The position numbers were made by a program, and so were the translations under genes. A stretch of 63,446 nucleotides of DNA, counting the filler, from Octopus bimaculoides (Eukaryota), in assembly GCF_001194135.2 (NCBI RefSeq). It is 3 parts of 2 records of this genome, joined end to end, with 100 filler letters (N's around TTAATTAATTAA, not from the genome) between each part and the next. Parts side by side here need not be neighbours in the genome. Positions count along the whole stretch, not along the records: positions 32,096 to 58,606 come from NC_068982.1; positions 58,707 to 63,446 come from NC_068982.1; 1 more part is not named here. One strand, 5' to 3'. This document shows positions 50,410 to 61,733 of the stretch, in pieces. The first letter of the stretch is position 1; the number at the start of each line of letters is the position of its first letter. The notes under the pieces were generated by a model that was not told the origin of the DNA, made no database searches, and was given only the letters and a program-made list of their open reading frames with translations.

Positions 50410-51700
50410 TTGAATGGTGAGCAAATATAACTATAAATAGCAGCATGTCGATATTGGGTTCAAAAACACTTTTGGACAGAAAAATTTGAAGGCTGCCTGT
50501 GGAGTTCAAACCCACATCTCCTGTAAGAATAACAGGCATTTTTACCATTGAGCCAAAGTAATTATTCAAATTTCTCAGTTTTAGAAACATTATTCTTACC
50601 AGTGAGTAGCCTTAGACTTTTTCTGTTCAAATATTTACACACTATTACATATAGCTTTACCTGCTTCATGATTCACCATTCCAAACAGAGAGAAAAAAAA
50701 CAAAACATTAAAACTATTTATAAATATTCAAAAACTAAAAGTGTAAATTTTAAAATACAGTCTTTTACTAACCACTAAAAAACAAAACATTCAGTTTTAG
50801 TTATATAGTTATTAAAATAATTAAAATAAATTATCACTTTAGGCAACAATACAAGATGGAATCTGCAGTTACAAACCGTTTCTATCTAAACCCTTTTGAT
50901 AGCAACCTGCCCAAGATCACCTCCAGTTCTTTAATATAAACTTCTTGCTTTACCTTCCATCAAAATTTCATTCTGATTTGTTTTAAACACTAACTTAATA
51001 ATAACAAAGTTATTTTACTAAATGTTTCATTATTTTCGAAAGGCTATGAATTTCCACAGAAATATAGTAACAAAAGGATTAAATTATATAGATGACAACT
51101 TGTCAATGCTGAGAATTTTTCCTAATAGTATTTGCTAGTTTTTGCCTGAGCACCAGGCTGGTTAACCCTGATCAAGTAAACATGGTTTACTCTGAGTTGT
51201 ACTTTCCATGATGAATGGTTAAAAATTAAATTAGCATCCTTGACAATAAGCCTTAAGCCTTCAGATTAATCTGTCAAATGTAATGCCCTATTCACATAGT
51301 TCTGAATAAATCATGCATCATATTGTAGCTTCAAGATTTCGAAGACACGAGTATTTTATTTTTTTTCAGCATGACATTGTAGGGTAGGTATGAGAAGCAG
51401 GACCAGGCCAGTTTGAACACAAAAATAAGTAGCATATTTGGGCCAGATGTGGCCAGTTCAAATGCTAATGGGTTAAAACAAATTGCAAATCAGGATTTGA
51501 ATTATGACAATTGAAAGAAGAAAATATATAAAAATCTCAAATAATTATACAATTTTTCAATTATACATAATAGGAGTTTTAATAAAAACAAAATATATTT
51601 AAAAATAGAGACAATTATATAAAATATAAAGTAAAATTGAAAATATCAGAGAAGGCTGGAAATTCAAATAAGACATAAGAAGAACTAACCCCAAATGATA

Positions 51701-52324
51701 TCAAAAATAAATGATATCCGTTTCTGTAGGTTCGGACTTTGGTTGAACTGGTGGTGGATGATTTGTTGGTCGTTCTTTGTGCGCAGATCTGGAAGGCTCC
51801 GCGAGTTTCATCACCTGACTGAGACTACTGGGGTCTTTCCCTGTGCTAAAAGAGGAACTTGACACCGAACGACCGAGTCCCGTGCGGTGCTGTGATTGTG
51901 AGGCACCTTTAGAGTTTGGTAATGATGAAGACAAGTTATCGACAAACTTTAAAGGAAGGAACTGTTGCAATTTCTCTCCACTTCGTTGCTCATTCGTCGC
52001 ACTAAATAAGTGGGGAGCACATGTTTTATTGCCAGGAGAGTTAACCAGATTACCAACAGAGCTTTTAGGCACTGGCTTGGATGAATCTTTTAAGTCTTTA
52101 TAATCCTCAGAAGACTGAAACGCAAGTTCTACTGAAGCAGAGCGCGTGTGTTGAATTGAACTACAGTAATTGTCACCATCAGGCCCTGTTTGTTCAGGAT
52201 TTTCAGTTCTGTCCAACTGTCTTCTTCCTTCGCTATCACTTCGACGTTCCATGAACAAATCAATCTGCTTTTGTAGAGTAACTTGTCCTCGGCGCAATTC
52301 CTCTTGCTGTAACTTCAGATCATC
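51701..52324 (-). CDS. ARHGEF18: Terminal coding exon of an Lbc-family RhoGEF (ARHGEF18/p114RhoGEF/Cysts-like)
   Basis: Acceptor ...ctctag|GAT, 207 codons plus TGA. HLFSATNEQ...QQFLPLKF resembles the ARHGEF18 HLLSATNQ...QQQIPTKL motif as I recall it, and the ETDIIYF end resembles ARHGEF18 EDVIFF. Confidence 0.75.
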   Translation of the reverse strand, partial: DDLKLQQEELRRGQVTLQKQIDLFMERRSDSEGRRQLDRTENPEQTGPDGDNYCSSIQHTRSASVELAFQSSEDYKDLKDSSKPVPKSSVGNLVNSPGNKTCAPHLFSATNEQRSGEKLQQFLPLKFVDNLSSSLPNSKGASQSQHRTGLGRSVSSSSFSTGKDPSSLSQVMKLAEPSRSAHKERPTNHPPPVQPKSEPTETDIIYF

Positions 52325-54767
52325 CTAGAGTCAAACAGATACACAAAAAAAAGTGAATAAGATTCTTTTAAAAGATTCGGTCAGATTTTAAAATTGAAGA
52401 TAATACGCATTTGTAGCAGACTTTCTAATATTCAACTAAAGTTCAACAAGTAATCTAGTAGATTCATTTAACAAACTCAACTAACATTCCAGAAAACCAA
52501 AACAGTTCAGTATGGTGATGACAATGACAACAAAGAGTTGTTGATGACAGGCATAATAGACTAATCCTGCCAATAGCAATGTGCATAGAACAGTTTTTAA
52601 AACAAAAATTCTTCCAACATATCAACCTAATTATGAGAGAGATAAAGAAGATTTAAAACATATCGTTATCATTGTTAAACGTCCATTTTCCATGCTGGCA
52701 TAAGTTGGATGGTTTGACATGGAGCTGGCCAACCAGGAAGCTGACCAGACTCCAACTGTCTGTTGTGACATAGTTTCTGCAACTGAATGCCCTTCCTAAT
52801 GCCAATTTATAAAAAAAAAGTCAACAGGGCTACATAAACTAGCTAGATTACACCATAATTTTAAAATTATGCTTCAGACTTATATAGCTATTTCAGAATA
52901 GTTTCAGATTTATATAGCTATTTAATCATTTAACTTACATCAAAGAAACTATAGCATAAAAATAACTAGCCATTAAACTTATTCTTCAATGCATTAAGTG
53001 AAAAGATTAGGTATATCATCTTCAATCTTTAAACTAGAAATATTAAAGACTTTCTTTAATCCTTAAGCATTTAAGCTGACCATATCCAGCCCAAGTATTC
53101 TGTATTTTTTCTTGGCTTTTTTTTTAATGCTCAAACCAGCCAGATCTGGCACCTCACACCTACTCTACAATGTTATTCTAAAAATAATTGCATCATCAAA
53201 ATCTCAAAACTACAAGACAACACAAGAGTAATTCAAATTAATGTGAATAAATTAGATATCTGACAGAATAATCTGAATGCCAAAAGGTTAATTTTTCTAG
53301 CTGCACCCAAAGTAACACCACCACTTTGTCTCTCTTCCTTGCCATCAGACAAAGAGCAAAAGTATGTTATGTTAAATTCTGTACACTTCACAATAATTCA
53401 TTTTGTAAAACTCTATGAATTTCTCTTGAATAAAAAACTCAAATGTTCTTAATACAATTAAAAGAACACTACTATAAAGAACTTTTAATTAGTGTCTTTA
53501 TCCTTACAAGATAGTGTACCATAACTACCACACAGGAGCTCCCATTATTTCAGTAGATAGTAAAGTGCCTTGCACTAAGAAACAATATAATTCCTATGTT
53601 GATGCTGTTGTTTTATTTACAAGGTACAGTAGCCATTTTTCATAATGCATGTTTTCACCAACTCCAGAAAACAAAAATCAAAGATAAAATATGGAAACAA
53701 AAGTATGTTGTACCAACTAAATAAACTAAAGCAGTCACTCTGTTCTGGCTATCACCTTCATTTTACTAGGTAAAAATATTAAATAAGTGAAAAAAATATA
53801 AGCCATGAGATATAAGTTCTGACCCAAATCATTATTTTCTATTTATCATTATATGGCTGTGTGGTTAAGAAGCTTGTACCTTGGGTTCAGTCTCACTTGC
53901 AAGGCACCCTGTGCAAGTGTCTTTCACTAAAGCCCCAAGGGTGACCAAAGCCTTGTGAGTTGATTTGATAAACCGAAGGAAGCCAGTCACATACTCACAA
54001 ATGGGTGTATGTTTACATATACAGTTTTCTCATCATGTGTTGGTTGTAAACATGCATCATTGTCACACAAGTGAGGCTCTTTGTTTCCAGTCTTCCATTA
54101 GAAATATATCCAGTCGTGGGAAAATATTACCTTGCCTGGAAACAGGTGAAGGTTGGTATAAGAACTCTGCCTCAACAGATTTCCTTTGACCCATACAAAC
54201 ATGGAAAAGTGGATGTTAAATGTTGATGATACCGTTCATTGATGGTAAACATTAAGCAGCAAGTCTCAAAGTGTTTCATCAAATATGACTCCCAAAATAA
54301 TCAAGTCTAACCCAAGATATTTCCATATTCATTTATTCTGCTTCCATTGTGATGACCTTTCACTACCAACCTTTGGTATATTTCATGTAGCAAATTTATT
54401 AGTCATTCATACAGCCAGAGCAACCATTTCTCTTTCAAAGACCAACATTTTTTCTTGACTTTCAGTTAGCCTGTGTTCTAGCTTAATACTGAATACAGAA
54501 GTCATAGAACAATCCTTGCACCGAGAAAAAACTTTCCATTCACAAACAAAAACCTACTACAGCCAATAGAGTTAGCCCTAAACTAAACTTACTTCATTCT
54601 CTTCAAACAGAAACAATGTTATATACTTATATACAAAACTAATTATATCACTTAGGTTATTGAACTTCACCACCATTTTCATACCATTCTAGCAGTCTAT
54701 GGCTTCCAGTTTGAGGAGGTCTCTCAATACACCTATCTTTTTATTCATTTAACAATATGTCTCTTAC

Positions 54768-54863
54768 CTTTTCTTTTTGAAGTTGCACAGTATCTCTCTC
54801 CTGATTTTCCCTATTTCGTTTCTTCTCCAGTTCAAATTCTTCACGTTCTCGCATCAACTCTTC
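54768..54863 (-). CDS. ARHGEF18: RhoGEF coiled-coil exon (EELMREREEFELEKKRNRENQERDTVQLQKEK)
   Basis: ttgtag|GAA...AAG|gtaaga; 96 nt, phase 0-0, in frame with both neighbours. Confidence 0.8.
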
Positions 54864-55158
54864 CTACAAGTAGATATCAGTTTTGTTCAATAAGAAAATA
54901 AAATAATAACAACAACATTAATAATAATGGTCTTAAATTTTGACACAAGGTCAACAATTTTACAGGAGGGTGATACTTCAACCACCCCAACATCATTCAT
55001 TAATTTCTAAACCCAATCTATCTTTCCTAAAACATTAGCCATCTGGAATTACCTACTTAGGAACAGTGGTTTGAAAACTGGATATTTTCGCACAGCTCAT
55101 TGGACATTCAGTCTGTTTTGGCAACAGTACGTTTTGACGTTGGAGGCAAACAAACAAG

Positions 55159-55523
55159 CATCATCATCATCGTTTAACGTCCGCTTTCCATGCTAGCATG
55201 GGTTAGACGATTTGACTGAGGACTGGTGAAACCCAATGGCTACACCAGGCTCCAGTCTGATTTGGCAGAGTTTCTACAGCTGGATGCCTTTCCTAACACC
55301 AACCACTCCGAGAGTGTAGTGGGTGCTTTTACGTGCCACCGGCACGAAGGCCAGTCAGGCAATACTGGCAACGGCCACACTCAAAATGGTGTATTTTATG
55401 TGCCACCCGCACAACAGCCAGTCCAGGGGCACTGGCAACGATCTCGCTCGAAAGTCCTTACACATGCCACGGGCACAAGTGCCAGAAAGGTGACGCTGGG
55501 CACAGGTGCCATCACGATTTCGC
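55159..55523 (-). mobile_element. Family E retroposon (intronic)
   Basis: Reverse complement of the 3' two-thirds of 48971-49473. Confidence 0.8.
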
Positions 55524-55665
55524 TCTCCCCTATACAAAGAGGTGCCTGAGTGAGAGACGTGTGGAGAGAGAGAAACATTACAATTTGTAAAAATAAACCT
55601 GATTGACAAACACTTTTCCTCTCCTCTTACCTCATACATGTAAAGGGAAATATGCTCACACACAT

Positions 55666-55724
<59 letters not shown>

Positions 55725-56278
55725 AAGAGAGAAAGAAAAAAGGTGGAAGAAAAACATTAAAACATCTGACACCAAAATAAATCATTGTTGAATCAGCGAT
55801 ACCTAAGAGGTGGTGTCAAAATAACTACATCACAATGTCTTCTGCTCATGTTTTTCTTGCCTATGTTGATTTACAAAAGCTCAAGAGGATCATATATGGT
55901 ATAAACCTCTCCAAACTAGGATAGTCTGTGACAGTCATAAGTATTGCTCTTTTCCTCCAGACCAATCAAGTAAAACAAAAATAAATGAATAGACATAACT
56001 AAATACTACAATTTATTTTGACTGCAATTCCACCGATTCTACTCTGATATTGACTGAAGCAAAAATTCTGTATGTGTGTGCGTGCGCATGTGTGTGTAAC
56101 CAGTGCTGGTTTGTTTACAATTCCATAACTTAGCAGTTCAGCAAAAGAGGCCAATAGAATAAGTAACAGACTTTAAAAACCAAGTGCTGGGGTCACATCA
56201 TTCAGCTAAATCTTTCAAGGCAGTACCCCAACATGGCCTCAGTCCAATGACTGAAACACGTAAAAGATATATAATTAC

Positions 56279-56384
56279 CTTAAGGTTGCGCAAGCCCTCT
56301 AACTGGGAATGTTTGTTTATTTCTAATTTCTCAGCATTCATCTTACAAATTATTTCTCTCGCTTCAGCCAACTGTATTCTCAAA
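56279..56384 (-). CDS. ARHGEF18: RhoGEF coiled-coil exon (LRIQLAEAREIICKMNAEKLEINKHSQLEGLRNLK)
   Basis: tttgtttttcag|T...AAG|gtaatt; 106 nt, phase 2-0, compatible with both neighbours. Confidence 0.78.
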
Positions 56385-56484
56385 CTGAAAAACAAATAAG
56401 AGTGTCATTAGAAGTGCATAACTTACAAAACAACATTTATTATTATTATTGTTATTGTTATTGTTATTATTATTACTATTAGTA

Positions 56485-56712
56485 GAAGGCAGCAAGCTGG
56501 CAGAATTGTTAGCAATCCAGGCAAAATGCTTAACTGCATTTCATCTGCCTTTACGTTCTGAGTTCAAATTCCACCAAGGTCGACTGTGCCTTTCATCCCT
56601 TCAGGGTCAGTAAATTAAGTACCAGCAATACATTGGGATCAATGTAATTGACTAGTCTCCTCCTCCCCACAAATTTCAGGCTTTGTGCTTTCGTAGAAAG
56701 AATTATTATTAT
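56485..56712 (+). mobile_element. Family B SINE with heavy CpG decay (intronic)
   Basis: GGCAGCAAGCTGGCAGAATTG...AAATTCCACCAAGGTCGAC. Confidence 0.82.
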
Positions 56713-57519
56713 TAATATATATATATCAAGAAGACTCATACCTCAAGAAGGCCCATACTCCACAGCAGAAGTGTTAAAGTAAGGAGGATTGGCCCACAAG
56801 AGTCTTGTGCCAGTGTCCTGTAAAAGCACTCATGCAGTGCCACATAAAAGCACCCAGCACACTCTGTAAAGTGGTTGGCATTAGCAAGGGCATACAACCA
56901 TAGAAACCACACCAAATTAGATTAACGTTTGGTGCAGCTCCCTGGCTTACCAACTCTGGTCAAACTGTCCAACCTATTCCAGCATGGTAAACAAACGTTA
57001 AATGATGATTATATCAGTTATTACTGAATGCAATTCATCAAAAGCATGTAAGTTGTATAGTTTTACTGGTGAAAACAGATGAAAATTGGTGACAGAAAAA
57101 GCATCTGGCCACAAACCCGTCACACAAACACACAAATAGAGCTGCACACATACATATATATCTTTTAAGTGTAGGTATGGCTATGTGATTAAGAAGCTCA
57201 CTTTCCAACCACATGGTTTTGGGTTCACCCACAACATAGTACTTTGGGAAAGTGTCTTCTACTATAGCCACAGGACAACCAAAGTCTTGTGAGTGAACCT
57301 GGTAGGCAAAACCAAAAGTCCATCAGGTACATATGTATGTTTGAAAGTGCTTGTGCCCCACTTAGACAGGTAGGGGAAGCATTTATTTTTAAAACCAAAC
57401 TTAAGGAACTGCCTGATTTAATTGAAATGTAAATGCATCATGTTATTTAGTCAGTCCTAAATTGCAAGAAAAAAATTAAAATATGCTAAATAAAAGAATT
57501 AAAGGAATTTGATACATAC

Positions 57520-57554
57520 TCTTCAATTGTAGTATTCTGTTGACTTGATAATTG
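57520..57554 (-). CDS. ARHGEF18: 35-nt RhoGEF mini-exon (QLSSQQNTTIE+D)
   Basis: ttatttcttttacag|CAA...GA|gtatgt; phase 0-2 completes codon GAT with the 56384 exon. QQNTTIED resembles the family HQDSYVE motif as I recall it. Confidence 0.68.
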
Positions 57555-58379
57555 CTGTAAAAGAAATAACATGAAGATATGAATGTTTCATTCTTAACCA
57601 AACATTATTTCATTAATATGTAAATAATATCTTGTCAGTAATAGCCGACAAATAAACCTTTGTGAATTACAGTTCAATACTTTAAATATTCTTAACAATG
57701 CTTAAAAATGAAATAATTTTTATTTAAATCAGAAATCATATAAACTCTTAAAGCAGAAACCTTCAGAATGCAGGAAGTAAATTCTTCACAATATTTAATA
57801 GAATTCAAGTCAATTAACTGAAGACATATACATGTTGTTGTTATATGTACATTAGAATAACCAAATAGACCTGATAGAGTGGTATAAACATATCCACTCA
57901 ATACATACGCATATACTATGTCTAACACAAAATCACACTACAAGACCAGATTGATTTCATTTCATAAATCAGATGACAAAAACAATAACTAAATGAAAGA
58001 GGAGGAGGAGGTCACAATAAAATAAAGCTGATAATATATGATGTTCTGCCATAAATAGAAATAAATGCAAACTATCAGAGTACAATAAATAATCACAGAA
58101 TTAGTTCTGAAGACAGATTTATAAACTATGCTTTTATAAAATCTACTCACTAAACAGAGCAGATTTTGAATAGCAACTTATCAATCAAGAAATCTTCTTT
58201 ACTTTTATTTCAGAATTATAATACTTAAGTAGCATACTTGATATCCTGAATTAACTTTGCTTGCTATCGACAATGATGTTTCATTCTATATAGTATATTC
58301 TATCAACATATTTAGTTTCTTTGTGGTATCAATCCAAGAATTAAGTGTATTAGACATTATGATTGGATCATTTATGTCC

Positions 58380-58555
58380 ATAGGCACAGGAATGGATGCA
58401 TGGTAAGAAGTTTGCTTCCCAACTACATGGTTTGGGATTCAGTCCCTCTGTATGGTACCTTAGGCAAATGCCTTCTTTCTACTATAGCCTTAGGCCAACC
58501 AAAACCTTATAAGTAGATTTGGTAGATTGACACTGAAAGAAGCTTCTCATATATG

Positions 58556-58595
<40 letters not shown>

Positions 58596-58935
58596 CAGGA
58601 CTGGAGNNNNNNNNNNNNNNNNNNNNNNNNNNNNNNNNNNNNNNNNNNNNTTAATTAATTAANNNNNNNNNNNNNNNNNNNNNNNNNNNNNNNNNNNNNN
58701 NNNNNNTGTGTGTGTGTGTGTGTGTGTGTTTATGTTTGTCCCCCCAACATCGCTTGACAACCGATGCTGGTGTGTTTATGTCCCCGTAACTTAGCGGTTC
58801 GGCAAAAAGAGACCGATAGAATAAGTACTAGGCTGCTAAAGAATAAGTCCTGGGGTCGATTTGCTCGACTAAAGGCGGTGCTCCAGCATGGCCACAGTCA
58901 AAAGACTGAAACAAGTAAAAGAGAGTAAGAGTAAG
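58380..58935 (+). mobile_element. Family A SINE (intronic; diverged head, conserved tail) spanning a 100-bp gap
   Basis: Head TAGGCACAGGAATGG...; tail GGGGTCGATTTGCTCGACTAAAGGCGGTGCTCCAGCATGG. The two halves may come from different copies. Confidence 0.75.
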
Positions 58936-59699
58936 GCGAGAAACAGCAGCGTATGAAGTAGACATGAACATAGGAACATTATGACACTGAGTTATAAATA
59001 TTACGAATGATTGCTAGGTGTAGGCGGATTTCAAAGAAGCATTCGTGTTCCCAAGATCGATTCCAAATAATGAAACAAATTTCTGATCTGATGACATGGT
59101 CTGATTTACTGAAAAATGTGTTTATTGTTACGTTCACAATACCCCACACAGAGGGGCAATATGACGTGGCCATATGAAAGGAAGGGCCTATGAAGAACTT
59201 GGAATGTCGTGTGAGATTCGAGAATCATGGGGTACTTGAAATGTTATGGGNNNNNNNNNNNNNNNNNNNNNNNNNNNNNNNNNNNNNNNNNNNNNNNNNN
59301 NNNNNNNNNNNNNNNNNNNNNNNNNNNNNNNNNNNNNNNNNNNNNNNNNNTACGTGTGTGTGTATATACATTAAAATGCAAACCATTTCTCCCTTTTAAA
59401 AGTTCTATTCATCTGTCTCCATCTTAAAATTGTGATACATTAGGAAAAATATTACAAGTCCAGTTATGAGACTTACAATTTTAGCCATTATTTGATGATA
59501 AAGCTGATGTATCTCTGCTGATTGGTTTTGGTGAGGAGGATGAACATATTCTAGCAACATGCAAGTCACCACATGCAGTGTCTGTCTGGCAGCATAACCG
59601 AGTCTTGTATATCCTTAGTGAGGCACTAAGACAGTCATGCAACACTGCAAATGCAATGAAAATCAGCAATATTTTGTACTTTCTATCATTTTACGAGGA

Positions 59700-59880
59700 A
59701 GGCGCAGGAGTGGCTGTGTGGTAAGTAGCTTGCTTACAAACAACATGGCTCCGGGTTCAGTCCCACTGCGTGGCATCTTGGGCAAGTGTCTTCTACTATA
59801 GCCTCGGGCCGACCAAAGCCTTGTGAGTGGATTTGGTAGACGGAAACTGAAAGAAGCCCGTCGTATATATGTATATATAT
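59700..59880 (+). mobile_element. Family A SINE, near-consensus 5' half
   Basis: GGCGCAGGAGTGGCTGTGTGGTAAGTAGC...GAAAGAAGCCCGTCGTATA, then a gap. Confidence 0.88.
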
Positions 59881-60789
59881 NNNNNNNNNNNNNNNNNNNN
59901 NNNNNNNNNNNNNNNNNNNNNNNNNNNNNNNNNNNNNNNNNNNNNNNNNNNNNNNNNNNNNNNNNNNNNNNNNNNNNNNNNNNNNNNNNNNNNNNNNNNN
60001 NNNNNNNNNNNNNNNNNNNNNNNNNNNNNNNNNNNNNNNNNNNNNNNNNNNNNNNNNNNNNNNNNNNNNNNNNNNNNNNNNNNNNNNNNNNNNNNNNNNN
60101 NNNNNNNNNNNNNNNNNNNNNNNNNNNNNNNNNNNNNNNNNNNNNNNNNNNNNNNNNNNNNNNNNNNNNNNNNNNNNNNNNNNNNNNNNNNNNNNNNNNN
60201 NNNNNNNNNNNNNNNNNNNNNNNNNNNNNNNNNNNNNNNNNNNNNNNNNNNNNNNNNNNNNNNNNNNNNNNNNNNNNNNNNNNNNNNNNNNNNNNNNNNN
60301 NNNNNNNNNNNNNNNNNNNNNNNNNNNNNNNNNNNNNNNNNNNNNNNNNNNNNNNNNNNNNNNNNNNNNNNNNNNNNNNNNNNNNNNNNNNNNNNNNNNN
60401 NNNNGTTTATTGTTACGTTCACAATACCCCACACAGAGGGGCAATATGACGTGGCCATATGAAAGGAAGGGCCTATGAAGAACTTGGAATGTCGTGTGAG
60501 ATTCGAGAATCATGGGGTACTTGAAATGTTATGGGTCTGTGGTTAGACCCAAATCGCCCAATGTGATTGACACTGGACTTAGAGAAAATAAAAGAACAGC
60601 GATTGGTGAACTGGAAAATGGACCATAAAATGCTTCATCGTGTATATAGCGTAGATGTGTGGGTATAGCGTAAGACCAAAGATGAGAACAAATAATATAT
60701 CGTCGGTAAGATGTAAACCAAAATAGTTCCTTTATGGTTAAAACGGTTACAGTTACACAGTTTGTAGTAAAGGCTGCAGGTTATAGATA

Positions 60790-60802
60790 GATCGATCGAT
60801 AG

Positions 60803-60880
<78 letters not shown>

Positions 60881-60881
60881 T

Positions 60882-60954
<73 letters not shown>

Positions 60955-60960
60955 CGGACT
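60790..60960. repeat. (GATA)n/(GACA)n microsatellite
   Basis: Directly visible. Confidence 0.95.
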
Positions 60961-61670
60961 GACTACGACGGACGTACCGATGGACAGGCCGCCAGACAGA
61001 CAGATAAAAAGATAACATACACACACATAGAAACAGGCACATGCATACATATAGTTTCAATTACAAGAAATCCCATAAAGGATCAAGGTATATCAAAGTG
61101 AGGCACGCCACTAATTGGCAAGACACAATCACGCAAAGCAGACAGTTGAGTAATCCATTACCATCGTACGGAAGACATCGTAGAAGGGAGATCACTGTTA
61201 TTAGGTAATCAGAAATTCCAATAGTATTCGAAAGTGTCCAACAATGAATGGAACTTTAAGCATGGTGTAAAAACAGACGAATAAAGACAAACGAATGGCT
61301 TATCTGGTACTGCTACAAGTGTTTCGTTAAGAGTTTCTATTTTGACGTGAACGTAACCCAATTAGTTAGACTATGTAAAACGTTACATTATTCCCAACTC
61401 ATCAAGCAATCATATAAAACAGTTAGTAACAACTTCTTGATTAGTCAAAAGATTGTTGTTAATCTATTAATTAATCAACAAGTCGTTATTCACCTGTTTT
61501 ACCCAATTGCCTTTAACGTATTACTATGTTTTTAGCTGATTACACAATCTAATTAATTGCGTATTACATAATCTAATTAATTGTATTACGCTTACGTCAA
61601 AATACAAACTCCTAATGAAACGATTGTAACAATATCAGATAGCCTATTCGTCTTTTTGACACACGCACAC

Positions 61671-61733
<63 letters not shown>

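Noticed and set aside
59120-60535. Identical 131-bp direct repeat (59120-59250 and 60405-60535) resembling LTRs or a long TSD
   Set aside because: Each copy ends or begins exactly at an N gap, so these are most likely unmerged overlapping contig ends.
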